Source: Thermofilaceae archaeon
GTDB taxonomy: Archaea > Thermoproteota > Thermoprotei > Thermofilales > Thermofilaceae
NCBI GenBank assembly: GCA_038861545.1
Contig: JAWCCZ010000001.1
Coordinates: 491,926-555,925 of the forward strand
DNA: 64,000 nt
Reading direction: 5' to 3'
In this document: positions 50,647-60,666 of the stretch, piece after piece
How the letters are laid out: the number at the start of each line of letters is the position of its first letter
Position numbering within the stretch: position 1 is the stretch's first letter
Notes under the pieces: model-generated
Seen by the model: only the letters and a program-made list of their open reading frames with translations
Told to the model about the DNA's origin: nothing
Database searches by the model: none
Translations under genes and position numbers: made by a program

Positions 50647-51075
50647 ATGAAATTTATTTCAGAGTCCAGAGCCAAGTCTCCATGGATCTTTCACGTGAAC
50701 GCAGCTTCATGCAACGGCTGTCTTATTGAGCTCTTAGCAACATTGTCCCCACGTTACGACGCAGAGAGGCTCGGCTGTGTTCTAGTAGGTTCACCGCGCC
50801 ACGCTGATATACTGGTAGCGATGGGGCCAGTTACAAGCAAGACGCTACCAGTTCTGATGAGAGCTTATAGGCAGATACCGGAACCCAAGGTAACGGTAGC
50901 TTTGGGGTCGTGCGCCGTCTCGGGCGGTGTTTTCATGGGTAGTCATGTTTTCGAAGGACCTGTGGAAAAGGTTATTCCTGTAGACATCTATATTGGAGGT
51001 TGCCCACCTAAACCTGAAGCAATCATGAAAGGGTTAATGAAAGCGGCTAAAAAACTTGAAGGGGTGTACAGGTAG
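50647..51075 (+). CDS. Group 4 [NiFe]-hydrogenase small subunit (NuoB-like)
   Basis: SCNGC, SPRHADIL, GSCAVSGG, GCPPKPE. Confidence 0.92.
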   Translation: MKFISESRAKSPWIFHVNAASCNGCLIELLATLSPRYDAERLGCVLVGSPRHADILVAMGPVTSKTLPVLMRAYRQIPEPKVTVALGSCAVSGGVFMGSHVFEGPVEKVIPVDIYIGGCPPKPEAIMKGLMKAAKKLEGVYR

Positions 51076-52268
51076 TGGAAGTTGAACGAAGGTTAACGCG
51101 CTTACCTTTTGGTCCTGTTCACCCTGCTACAAAGGAGCCAGCGTTGCTTATGCTTACGGTTGACGGTGAACGAGTAGTCGACGTAGAGCTCAGGCTGGGG
51201 TACGTGTACAGAGGTATAGAGGCTCTAGCACAGGCTAGGAACATTATTCAAGTGCTCCACCTGGTTGAAAGGGTTTGCGGCATCTGCTCCCACGCTCACC
51301 CGCTCTGTTATGTGCAAGCAGTGGAAAGCATAGCTGGTATTGAGCCTTGCGAAAGATCGTTATACATACGCACCGTGGTTGCAGAACTGGAGAGGATTCA
51401 GAGTCATCTCCTATGGATAGGTGTTTTAGGGTACCAGCTGGGGTTTATTGCCCTCTTCATGTACGCTTGGCGCATTAGGGAAAGCGTTCTAGATGTTTTA
51501 GAGGAGATGACTGGTAATAGAATCATGAAGGAGGTTAACGCTATAGGCGGGGTTCGCAGTGATCTCAGCGATCAGGTGAAAGCTAAAATAGAGATGTTGA
51601 TTAACGATGTAAGAAAATCAGCCACGTTTTTATTCGATGTAATTCATGATAAAACTGTTGAGTCACGATTAGCGGGCGTCGGGGGTCTTAGCCGCAATGA
51701 CTCGATAAGTACGGGGGCTGTGGGACCAACTGCACGGGCTTCGGGCGTGGATTTCGATGTTAGAAGAGATTACCCGTATGCTGCGTATGAGGAACTTAAA
51801 GGCTCGTTTTCTGTTGCAGTGCTCTCCGGTGGAGATGCACTTTCTAGAACAGAGGTACGGGTTGCCGAGCTGATAGAATCGGCGAATCTCCTAGAGGCAG
51901 CCTTAGACACCTTTCCGTCAGGTCGAATAAGTCCCCCGCCTCCGCCGCATAAGGTCTTAAGAGAGGTTCCGGAGGGCGAAGCCGTGGCGAAAGTTGAGGC
52001 GCCTAGGGGAGAGTTATTCTACTATGTTAGAACTGATGGAAAGGGGTTCCTAAAGCGGCTGAGGATTAGAACCCCCACTCTAGCAAACCTTTCGGCTCTG
52101 ACTGTAATGCTTAAAGACTTGGAGCTCGCGGACGTCCCCGCCGTGTACATCTCCATCGATCCTTGTATCTCATGTACGGAACGCGTGCTAGTAATAGATG
52201 CGCGCAGTGGTGTATGGAGGGAAACAAACTTGATGGAGCTGGAAAAGAGGTGTAGTGAAGCGTGTTAG
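51075..52268 (+). CDS. Group 4 [NiFe]-hydrogenase large subunit
   Basis: L1 ERVCGICSHAH, L2 DPCISCTER with C-terminal extension, EAPRGE. Confidence 0.93.
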   Translation: MEVERRLTRLPFGPVHPATKEPALLMLTVDGERVVDVELRLGYVYRGIEALAQARNIIQVLHLVERVCGICSHAHPLCYVQAVESIAGIEPCERSLYIRTVVAELERIQSHLLWIGVLGYQLGFIALFMYAWRIRESVLDVLEEMTGNRIMKEVNAIGGVRSDLSDQVKAKIEMLINDVRKSATFLFDVIHDKTVESRLAGVGGLSRNDSISTGAVGPTARASGVDFDVRRDYPYAAYEELKGSFSVAVLSGGDALSRTEVRVAELIESANLLEAALDTFPSGRISPPPPPHKVLREVPEGEAVAKVEAPRGELFYYVRTDGKGFLKRLRIRTPTLANLSALTVMLKDLELADVPAVYISIDPCISCTERVLVIDARSGVWRETNLMELEKRCSEAC

Positions 52269-53191
52269 TTTTAGAGCTGTTAGCTGCGGCTCCTTTAGTT
52301 GTCGCGGTAAGCTTGCTATACGACGGGATTGATAGGAAGGTGCGCGCCAGGATGCACGGCAGAGTAGGGCCTCCTTTTGTTCAGCCATTCTACGATTTAG
52401 TGAAACTATTCTCCAAGGATAGGGTCGTGCCAAGAGCTTCCGCTCGTCTTATTTATGTTGCCTCCCCATTGTTATCGGTAGCTTTAGCAGTAACAGGGGG
52501 TTCACTGCTTCTAGCAGGGCTAGTTGGAAGCCTTCAAGTACCAGGAGATGTAATACTTATTTTCGCGCTTTTAACTGCTTCCTCCCTCTTGCTCATGGTA
52601 GGGGGAGCATCCTCCGGTAATCCTTACGCAGCTGTTAGCCTAACAAGAGGTATATCGGTTCTCTTCTCTTACAAGATGCCGATGATGATTTCAGCGATTA
52701 CCGCGTCTGCAAGTGGAGTCCCTCTCCTCTCGATAGCTGGTACAGTAGAACTCCAGCGTAAAACCGGCTCCCTAGCTTTCTCCTCGATCAGTGGAGCGCT
52801 CGCGTTCACGTCTTTCTTTCTTTGCATGCCATCGGAAGGCGAAGTGACGCCATTCGATGTTACGACGGCTGAAACGGAGGTAGTTTACGGCTTCATGATA
52901 GAGTACGGTGGGCCCTACCTTGCGCTCGTAAAACTAGCCAAAAGCGTGTCCCGTTTCACCGCAGCACTTTTAGCATCTTCCCTTTTCCTGTACACTTCAT
53001 TGGGCAGCAGGCCGATCGAGTTGGCGACTTGCATACTGGAAGCTGTGATGCTAGCGCTAGTCTCGGTAACCGCGTTAGGCACTTTTATGGCTCGCGTAAA
53101 AGTTCGCCAGGTTATTGGCTTCTACTGGAGGCTGCCGGTGGTCTTAGCCTTTGGGGCCTTTGCGATGTTCCTACTCGGGCGATTCTGGTGA
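52262..53191 (+). CDS. Hydrogenase membrane subunit (NuoH/HycD-like)
   Basis: DRKVRARMHGRVGPP..QPFYD..KL..K, PFD...AETE...G...EYGG. Confidence 0.9.
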   Translation: MLVLELLAAAPLVVAVSLLYDGIDRKVRARMHGRVGPPFVQPFYDLVKLFSKDRVVPRASARLIYVASPLLSVALAVTGGSLLLAGLVGSLQVPGDVILIFALLTASSLLLMVGGASSGNPYAAVSLTRGISVLFSYKMPMMISAITASASGVPLLSIAGTVELQRKTGSLAFSSISGALAFTSFFLCMPSEGEVTPFDVTTAETEVVYGFMIEYGGPYLALVKLAKSVSRFTAALLASSLFLYTSLGSRPIELATCILEAVMLALVSVTALGTFMARVKVRQVIGFYWRLPVVLAFGAFAMFLLGRFW

Positions 53192-53523
53192 GTATCGGTA
53201 AAATTATGAGGGATGCTGCTTTCAGGTTACTTAGAAAACCCTTTACGATGAAGTACCCCCTCAAGCCGGAACGCGTCGAGGTACCTGATAGCTACAGGGG
53301 AGCTATATATTTCAACTCGAAACTATGCGTAGGTTGTATGCTATGTGTTAGGTTTTGTCCAAGCGGCGCTATAACTGTAGCCGATAAGGGGAAGATCACT
53401 TTCGATTTAGCTAGGTGCATCTACTGTAAGCAATGCGTAGAAGTATGTCCCAGAAAAGCTATAAAATTAACAAAAGAGTTTGAATTAATATATGAAAACT
53501 CAGGATTATTCAAGCAGCAATAA
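53188..53523 (+). CDS. 2x[4Fe-4S] subunit (NuoI/HycF-like); likely GTG start overlapping the upstream TGA
   Basis: CVGCMLCVRFCP and CIYCKQCVEVCP. Confidence 0.9.
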   Translation: MSIGKIMRDAAFRLLRKPFTMKYPLKPERVEVPDSYRGAIYFNSKLCVGCMLCVRFCPSGAITVADKGKITFDLARCIYCKQCVEVCPRKAIKLTKEFELIYENSGLFKQQ

Positions 53524-53545
53524 AGGGAAGAATTTTATATGAAAC

Positions 53546-55513
53546 TTGTCAGACGGAACCGTGCCGTTTCAGGGGATTTCAGAGTTTAATGTGGTATCTT
53601 TAGCTTCACTAGCTATAATACTCCCCGTTCTAGCTTCGCTATTCTCTCCGGCACTTGCACTGATACCGAGCATAGGGCAGGTCTTAGCGGTTTCCATATG
53701 TATAGCCTCGGCCTACTTCACACTGGCCGCTCTCCTGATGCTAGCGTCTGTAGTCGCAGCCGCTCCGATCCATGGGGTTTTAACAGGTACGCAGCAGAGT
53801 AGCTTCGGTATACCCATTGAGCTTTACGTGGATTCCTTTTCTTTAATCCCAGCCTTGCTGACCTCGCTGATCGGAGCACTTGCGCTAACTTACAATACGC
53901 GGTACCTCTCCCCCTCGAATAGGGCTTACAAAGTTAAGGGCTTCAACAGGTCTTACCCGGTGATATCGCTCTTCATTGGGTCAATGCTCGGGCTTTTCTT
54001 TTCAAGTAACATGCTGAGCCTTTTGGTTTTTTGGGAACTAGTGTCCATCTGCTCCTACGCCTTAATCACATTCCGGCTAGAGCTTCAGAAAAGTTTAGCC
54101 GCAGGTCTAAAATGCATCCTCCAGACCCATGTAGGGGGAGTGGGGTTAATCGCAGCCGCTTTACTGGTCAACTCGACAACCGGCAGTTTCAGCTTTTCCA
54201 GTTTACCGAGTATGAGAGCGTCCGAGCTCCGCTGGCTTCTTTTAACCTTAACTGTAGTGGCTGTTCTACCAAAGGCAGTGCAGTACCCGCTTCACACGTG
54301 GCTTCCGGACGGCGTTGTAGCTCCTACATCAGCAACCGTGCTATTTCATGTCTGCGGGTTTCAGTCGGGAGTATACGTGCTTATTCGTTTCCTCCAACTG
54401 CTTTACGCTAAGGACTCGCATACAGTGTTCGGTTTCGACTCATTAGCTCTTGCCGTAACTACGATAGGTTCTCTAACGGCAATCATAGGGGGCGTTAACG
54501 GGCTTATATCGCGCGACTTGAAGAAAGTGATAGCCTACGGTACTATATCCGGGCTGGGCCTAATATTAATGAGTGTCGGGCTTCTTACACCGATGGGCTT
54601 AGCCGCTGGGCTTACTCTACTGTTTTCGCATGCGCTATGCTTTTCACTACTTTTCTTTTGCGCAGGCTCTGTGATCTATGCAAGTGGAGAAGAGGACTTG
54701 GATAGGCTGGGAGGCCTCTACCAGGATATGAAAGCGGTGGCAGTGTGTTGTTTCATCGCCTGTTTATCGCTAGCGGCTATGCCCTCTACCCCGGAGTTCG
54801 TCGGCAAGTATCTTCTATTCCAAGCTATTCTAGAAGCTGGTTACGCGCACCTATTGCCTGTCGTGGTTCTCGGAAGCTTGCTTAGCGCGGCTATAGGAGC
54901 GAGGCTGTTTTACGCAGTGTTCCTGGGGGATAAAGGCTACGAGTTTCAAGCAAGGGATCCGCCGCTATCCATGCTTGCGCCAATACTGGCTATCTCGGGG
55001 GCGATTCTGGCTTTGGGGATTTATCCTCAGCCAGCGCTTGAAGGCTTAGTTTTACCGGCTTTGAATCAACTCGGCTATGTCCCTGAAGAGGGGTTGTATG
55101 AACCTTTTTACAAGCTTTCTGGGCTGCTTTTATCAACTGTAGCCAGTTTAGCATCCGTATTTTTCGCAACTCTGGTGGTTACGAAGCTTTTATCCAGGAA
55201 AGAGGTTAAAACCGGAGAGAGTGAAGAGGGGGAAGAAGCTGTCAAGCTTTTCCTTTGCGGTGAGGAAGTAGATTACGTTTCTCCTAAGGGGGGAGGGTTA
55301 TACGCCTCTCTACTACACGCCGCCAAGCTTCCCCGCGTATCGCAGTTGACCGATCCGGACCGCTTTTACGCCCAGCTAGCTAAAGCCTATGATGTTTTTG
55401 CCGCACGCGTATTGAAGCTAGACATACTCTACGATTACAGGGCCACAGTTCTTTCGTTTCTCGTTTCTGCACTAGTTTTGCTGGCTAGCGTGGGTGCATT
55501 AATATGGAAGTGA
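53546..55513 (+). CDS. Antiporter-like subunit (NuoL/MrpA/HyfB-like)
   Basis: FWELVS, KAVQYPLHTWLPD..APT, DLKKVIAY.TIS, LGGL. Confidence 0.9.
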   Translation: MSDGTVPFQGISEFNVVSLASLAIILPVLASLFSPALALIPSIGQVLAVSICIASAYFTLAALLMLASVVAAAPIHGVLTGTQQSSFGIPIELYVDSFSLIPALLTSLIGALALTYNTRYLSPSNRAYKVKGFNRSYPVISLFIGSMLGLFFSSNMLSLLVFWELVSICSYALITFRLELQKSLAAGLKCILQTHVGGVGLIAAALLVNSTTGSFSFSSLPSMRASELRWLLLTLTVVAVLPKAVQYPLHTWLPDGVVAPTSATVLFHVCGFQSGVYVLIRFLQLLYAKDSHTVFGFDSLALAVTTIGSLTAIIGGVNGLISRDLKKVIAYGTISGLGLILMSVGLLTPMGLAAGLTLLFSHALCFSLLFFCAGSVIYASGEEDLDRLGGLYQDMKAVAVCCFIACLSLAAMPSTPEFVGKYLLFQAILEAGYAHLLPVVVLGSLLSAAIGARLFYAVFLGDKGYEFQARDPPLSMLAPILAISGAILALGIYPQPALEGLVLPALNQLGYVPEEGLYEPFYKLSGLLLSTVASLASVFFATLVVTKLLSRKEVKTGESEEGEEAVKLFLCGEEVDYVSPKGGGLYASLLHAAKLPRVSQLTDPDRFYAQLAKAYDVFAARVLKLDILYDYRATVLSFLVSALVLLASVGALIWK

Positions 55514-56103
55514 CGTTATTTCCCGTATCAGCGGTAATTTCGATAGTAGCTATTTTGACGAAGCGAGCGGATAGACTGCCGTACCTCCTAGCGTTACAAG
55601 CAGTTCTCATAAGCGCGTGCGAGATATATTCCTATGATCACGATTTACTCTCTCCTGAAGCTATCGCGTACTTTGGGGCTTCTATAGCGAATTCCATACT
55701 CCCCCCGCTCCTCCTACTAAAGCTAGCTAAACATGTAGATAATCCTCCGGAAGAGGCGCCAAGAATAGCTGTAGCGTTTTCCTCCGGCGTTGCCGCTCTA
55801 CTGGTGTACTTATCACTCCTACCTCCCTTCAAAGCCAAGGAGGTAATGTCGTGCGCCTTATCGACCATCACCCCCATCTTCATGATAGCATATAGTTTAA
55901 ACCCCGTTAGGGTGATTACGGCATTGAATATGGCGTCCAATGCATTACACCCCTTGCTGGCTGAAGGACCCCCGTTTTTCTCAGCGATCTCCAACCTCTC
56001 TATGCTTCTAGTGAACGGTGTGGCATTCTTCTTAATCGACCAGGCTCGGAAAACCTACGGCGGCTCGGACTTAGCGGGATGGGATAAGTGGCTCAAGAAG
56101 TAA
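55504..56103 (+). CDS. Small hydrogenase membrane subunit (HyfE-like position)
   Basis: Multi-TM; overlaps both antiporter-like genes. Confidence 0.6.
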   Translation: MEVTLFPVSAVISIVAILTKRADRLPYLLALQAVLISACEIYSYDHDLLSPEAIAYFGASIANSILPPLLLLKLAKHVDNPPEEAPRIAVAFSSGVAALLVYLSLLPPFKAKEVMSCALSTITPIFMIAYSLNPVRVITALNMASNALHPLLAEGPPFFSAISNLSMLLVNGVAFFLIDQARKTYGGSDLAGWDKWLKK

Positions 56104-57497
56104 CTTTTACGCTAGCAGCACCCTTACTGTTCTCACTTATAGCTTTAGCTGTAGGTCGAAAAGAGCGTCTACATGCGCTCATAGTTATCGCTGGGACCGG
56201 CGTTACCTTGTTTCTCTCGATAAATTTGCTATTGGCGTGCATTAGAGGCGGCGTGCTAAGCGAGGGCAGTTTAATGGTTGAATGCCGGGTAACTGACGCG
56301 GTTGTAGTAGTCACATCAAACTTCATCGCTTTCCTAGCAGCAGTTTACAATTTCGGTTTAAACCCCCTCGGAAGGTTTAGTTTAGATAAATATGGTTCAC
56401 TTTTCTTACTATTAGCCTTCTGCTTTAACTATATGGTGCTTGTCCATAACGCGTTAATGCTTTTTCTGCTGGTGGAAGCCTTGATAGGAGTTTCCGTAGC
56501 GTTAGTTGCACATTCAACTCGTAGTGACGCACTTGAGGTAGCTTTCAGATACCTTGTAGTTACAACTTTAAGTGCTTTCTTTGTGCTAGCTGGAGTAGCC
56601 CTTCTTTTCGTCTCTACGGGTTCCTATTCGCTCGACCAGTACTCACACTTAAGTGGAGATAGCGAGCGTCTACTTGCGTTGGCGTGTATCTTATTCGTGA
56701 TAGGCCTCGGTGCAGATATAGGTTTCTTCCCATTTCACGGCTGGGTTCCTGATGCTTTCCCAGCTTCTACGCCTATCATAAATGTTTTAACTTGCGCTGA
56801 GCACGCTCCGCTTTTCACTGGACTTTACATGCTCCTACTACCAATAAGGGAAACAAGTTACTCGAATACGATTTCCTTAACTCTCGCAACCTTGGGCTTA
56901 GTTTCAATCCCCATATCATATACTTTAGCTTTCAGGCAAAGGGATGCATTCAGAAGAATAGGTTATTACACGATTGGCGAATATGGGAACATTACACTAG
57001 CTTTGGGAATTTCTATAATGAATCCGGCTTCCACGCCTACTTGGAGGGCATACCTGTTAAACTCTTCCCTCATGAAGGCAGGTATTCTAGCTTGCCTAGG
57101 GTTGGCAACGGCAACGGATAATTGGGAAGCACTACCAAAGCGGGCGAGGGAACTAGTATCCCTGTCCTTCGTTATCTGTAGTTTATCCTCAGTGGGTATA
57201 CCGCCGCTCAGTGGTTTTCACGTAAAGCTACGCTACTTTCTCTCAGTGTACATATTTGCAATAGGACGTGTAGGGGCTTGGGCCGCGTCCTTACTTCTAA
57301 TATTCTTGCTCGGTATGACGTTTATCCCCTTATATTTCCTCATAACATTATTACACGAGTTTTTCCTCGAAAGGTTACAAAATTCTGGTAGAGGTAAAGT
57401 AAGTTTGCGAGAGGTTGCCGCTGTAACCTCCTGTGTAACATTAGCCGTAGTTGCTGTAATTATGGGTTTATGGCCGGGTCTAATTTTTCTAGAGTAA
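56088..57497 (+). CDS. Antiporter-like subunit (MrpD/HyfF-like)
   Basis: EVAFRYL, FPFHGWVPDA, GIPPLSGF..K. Confidence 0.87.
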   Translation: MAQEVTFTLAAPLLFSLIALAVGRKERLHALIVIAGTGVTLFLSINLLLACIRGGVLSEGSLMVECRVTDAVVVVTSNFIAFLAAVYNFGLNPLGRFSLDKYGSLFLLLAFCFNYMVLVHNALMLFLLVEALIGVSVALVAHSTRSDALEVAFRYLVVTTLSAFFVLAGVALLFVSTGSYSLDQYSHLSGDSERLLALACILFVIGLGADIGFFPFHGWVPDAFPASTPIINVLTCAEHAPLFTGLYMLLLPIRETSYSNTISLTLATLGLVSIPISYTLAFRQRDAFRRIGYYTIGEYGNITLALGISIMNPASTPTWRAYLLNSSLMKAGILACLGLATATDNWEALPKRARELVSLSFVICSLSSVGIPPLSGFHVKLRYFLSVYIFAIGRVGAWAASLLLIFLLGMTFIPLYFLITLLHEFFLERLQNSGRGKVSLREVAAVTSCVTLAVVAVIMGLWPGLIFLE

Positions 57498-57504
57498 GTT
57501 GATA

Positions 57505-57948
57505 TTATGCTAAGTCGAGGGCATCTATTCTATGAAAAACCCACTCTCTCTTTCCGATGTGCAACCCTAAGTTAACCTCTAATTCCTCGATGAGGCGTTG
57601 AAGAGTATAACCGCTCTCGCTAATTACTTTGATCATTTCATACTTTGCACTGTATATTTTCTGCTCTTCATCGTTTACTTTCATTGTTTCTAGCTCTTTT
57701 TCTATAGTACCGAGAAACTCGATGGTAATTTTAACGCTCATGAAGTAGCCAGTATAAACCGCGGTTCTCTCTTCTCGGGTGAGTATGCTAACAGGCTTAT
57801 GTCTATGTGTTTCTAGGATGGATTCATCTTCTTCAACTTTCCCGAAACCAAGCCTTCTCTCCAAGAAATCCTCTAAAGAAGTGTAATCCATACTCCTGAC
57901 CACTACATCTTCTAGCAATAACACGACAACTTCATGCCATTGCTTCAA
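57505..57948 (-). CDS. Hypothetical protein
   Basis: ORF with protein-like composition filling the gap; no motif recognised. Confidence 0.55.
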   Translation of the reverse strand: MKQWHEVVVLLLEDVVVRSMDYTSLEDFLERRLGFGKVEEDESILETHRHKPVSILTREERTAVYTGYFMSVKITIEFLGTIEKELETMKVNDEEQKIYSAKYEMIKVISESGYTLQRLIEELEVNLGLHIGKREWVFHRIDALDLA

Positions 57949-58095
57949 AGTACCACCTTCCTGTATCGTAACAGAGCATTAGTTTAAACATAAATTTTTT
58001 CGTGAGTTCAAGAAAACACTGTCGCTTTTCTTTTTAGCTGTGCTCGCTGAGGTTAAACTACAAACATATATACAGTGCAGCTGTAAACGTGTTCC

Positions 58096-58884
58096 GTGAA
58101 GCTTCTAGCACTGGATTTAGATGGAACGCTTTTAGAACCAGATAAGCGGGTGTCACCAGAAGCCATTGAAGCACTGAGGCTTGCGGTTCAACGAGGCGTA
58201 ATTGTAGGCACAGCTTCCGGGCGGAGTCTGCGTGATCAGTTAAATATACTCTCTTCTAATGGCCTTGGACCGAGCGCCGGTTTCCCTCATTTCCTTATAG
58301 TTGATGAATGTTTAATTTATGTGCTCAAGGATGGGCTTTACGTAGACCTGGCTGAACACAACTCTCAAGTGAGGCAGATGTGGCTTCAGGTTTTCGAGGT
58401 TGCTAAGAGGGTTTTAGAGGAGGAGTTAGCAAGGTTACTTGCAAGCGGCGTACATATTATGATGTCTGTTACAAGTGAAGAGGAATCCCGTATTAGGTAT
58501 TTAATAGCCGTATTCTTCGAACATCAAAATGAAGCGGAGGTTGAGGAAAAACGCTTAAACAGACTTTTTATGGAATTGGGGCTTCCCCTGCACTGCACCC
58601 GCAACTATAGGATCGTAACAGTGTTACATTCCTACTGCGATAAAGGAGTAGCGCTCCTTAAAGTGTCCGAGTTTTTCAGGGTTCCACATAGCAAGGTTTT
58701 GGCCGTAGGGGATTCCGCGAACGATATACCTATGTTCGATCAACGCTATGGTTTTACTCCAGCCACTACTGAGAACGCTGAAGGGCACGTGGAAAACTTA
58801 GTTATAATACGGGGAGGCTATGTGGCTTCTAGGCCGCGTAGTAGAGGAGTAGCAGAAATTGTGCAAAAATTGGTTCTAGCTTAA
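58096..58884 (+). CDS. HAD-superfamily (Cof-type) hydrolase
   Basis: DLDGTLL, ASGR, DKG, GDSAND. Confidence 0.9.
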   Translation: MKLLALDLDGTLLEPDKRVSPEAIEALRLAVQRGVIVGTASGRSLRDQLNILSSNGLGPSAGFPHFLIVDECLIYVLKDGLYVDLAEHNSQVRQMWLQVFEVAKRVLEEELARLLASGVHIMMSVTSEEESRIRYLIAVFFEHQNEAEVEEKRLNRLFMELGLPLHCTRNYRIVTVLHSYCDKGVALLKVSEFFRVPHSKVLAVGDSANDIPMFDQRYGFTPATTENAEGHVENLVIIRGGYVASRPRSRGVAEIVQKLVLA

Positions 58885-58971
58885 AGTACCCTCCTGCATC
58901 GCTAGGCTTAGAGGTCTCTTCATACCTTGAAGCTTTGAACCGCTACGAACTCTCCCAGAATTAACTTTACT

Positions 58972-60666
58972 TCATGCACACCGGGTTCGCTTGACTAATT
59001 GCATGACCGGCTCGTAGTCGTAGGGGCAAGCGACCAACCTCTCCCCCTCTTTGATCAGAGCTGCGATGAATGCTGTGCCGCTCGCTAAACCCGCGTGAGC
59101 GTAGAAGTTCCTAGCGTCGAGTCCCGCCTCGGGTAGAGAGATTATGAGCTTCACATCCCCTCTGCAGTACTCCAGATACTTCCTCCTGCCGGGCCTCTGA
59201 ACACCGCTACCGGTCTCCGGCCCACCGCTGCGGATCCTTTCAAGCAGGGCGCGCGCCTCCCTAATCTCGTAGTCGATCAGGTTGGCGGTGTCAATAGGGT
59301 ATACTTGACTCGCTACGGTCTTCATCCGATCCAGATCGAGTACCGGTATCCTGCTCTCCCCCTGCTCAAGCTTAGCGGCTATCCCCCGAACTTCATTCTC
59401 CTCCTCGCCGCTGTACTCCCTCAAACACTTCGCAAGGAGGTTGTGCAGCTCGGGGCCCGCTTTAAGCTGCTCCGCTATCTCGCTGAGCGCGCGAACGATT
59501 TGACTGACCAGGAGAACCTCGACGAAGGGACTGGCCCCCTCGTCATCGTCCCACCTGTACGTCAACCTGCGCACTAGGAGTTCCTCCCCAGTTTCCCCGT
59601 GCACTTTACTTCTCACCTCTGTTTCCACCTTAACCTCCTCAAGTCTCTCCAGGATCTTGTCTAACGTTGGGACTCTGCTGTAAAGAGCTAGAGTGAGAGC
59701 CCAGAGGAGGGCCCCCCTAACCAGCATTAAGCAGGATGCCAACGCCTTGAGCCACTCGCCCGTAGTGCAGTCATCTCTGCTCCAGTGCCCGGCTAGACTC
59801 TCGGCAGCTTTCTCGAGCGAGCCGAAGCTCGCGATATAGTTCTCAAGGAATTCCTTGAGGCGTGGAACCACTAGCGCGCGGATCTCCTCTTCGGCGAGTT
59901 TGTTGATCCTAACAGACACACCTTCCCTCTCGACGCCCCTTATCGACAAGGGATCGGAGTTGTAGTGGGAGAGGGTGATCGTGACGAGTTGCAAGGTCTG
60001 CTCTAGCGAGTACAGCGAGCAAGCCAGCGACACGCCCTCTCTAAGCGCGTGGGCGAAGTAGTTGATGCCGTGCGTGGTATCAACGATAACATCGATCGAA
60101 CCCTCCCCCGCGTGCATGCACAAGGCCTTGAGCGTGTAGCCCACGATGCCCGCGAGGAGCGCCCTGTAGAAGTTCTCCCTTCCACCCCTCCACGTATAAA
60201 CGTAGCTGTCTCTCCTTCCTGATGCAATTCCCGGCAGCGTAGTGACCTCGCACTTGAACTGACGGCAGAACTCCTCAAAGCGCCTACGCGCTTCATTAAC
60301 TCTCTCCTGATCCTCTTTCCGGAGCGCGCTCTCGTAGTACGAATATATCCAGGAGCCGCGCACGAGATGGTTTGCTAAGTCGGCTCTGCGTAGTACCCTC
60401 CTCGGGAAAAGCTCGTTTATCAAACGCTGATCACCTTGAAGCAGCCTGTTCAGGAGGAGGGAATCCTGAACGAAGATTTTCACGAGCTTTGCAGAGTAGC
60501 AACGTGCTAGAGCTTCTACGGAGAAAAACGTCTCGTACTGCTCCACCCCCCGGCATGCGCTGGCATCCGTGAGGTACTCGCACTTGACAAGGTCGAGGAC
60601 GTCCCCAGCAGCCGCGAATACCAGCGTCGTGGACGAGCCAGCCTCGCCCAAGGGGCACTCACCCAA
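58972..60666 (-). CDS. csx1: CARF-HEPN cOA-activated ribonuclease
   Basis: CARF DTTHGINY motif, HEPN RNFYAHAG; follows cmr3. Confidence 0.88.
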   Translation of the reverse strand: MGECPLGEAGSSTTLVFAAAGDVLDLVKCEYLTDASACRGVEQYETFFSVEALARCYSAKLVKIFVQDSLLLNRLLQGDQRLINELFPRRVLRRADLANHLVRGSWIYSYYESALRKEDQERVNEARRRFEEFCRQFKCEVTTLPGIASGRRDSYVYTWRGGRENFYRALLAGIVGYTLKALCMHAGEGSIDVIVDTTHGINYFAHALREGVSLACSLYSLEQTLQLVTITLSHYNSDPLSIRGVEREGVSVRINKLAEEEIRALVVPRLKEFLENYIASFGSLEKAAESLAGHWSRDDCTTGEWLKALASCLMLVRGALLWALTLALYSRVPTLDKILERLEEVKVETEVRSKVHGETGEELLVRRLTYRWDDDEGASPFVEVLLVSQIVRALSEIAEQLKAGPELHNLLAKCLREYSGEEENEVRGIAAKLEQGESRIPVLDLDRMKTVASQVYPIDTANLIDYEIREARALLERIRSGGPETGSGVQRPGRRKYLEYCRGDVKLIISLPEAGLDARNFYAHAGLASGTAFIAALIKEGERLVACPYDYEPVMQLVKRTRCA

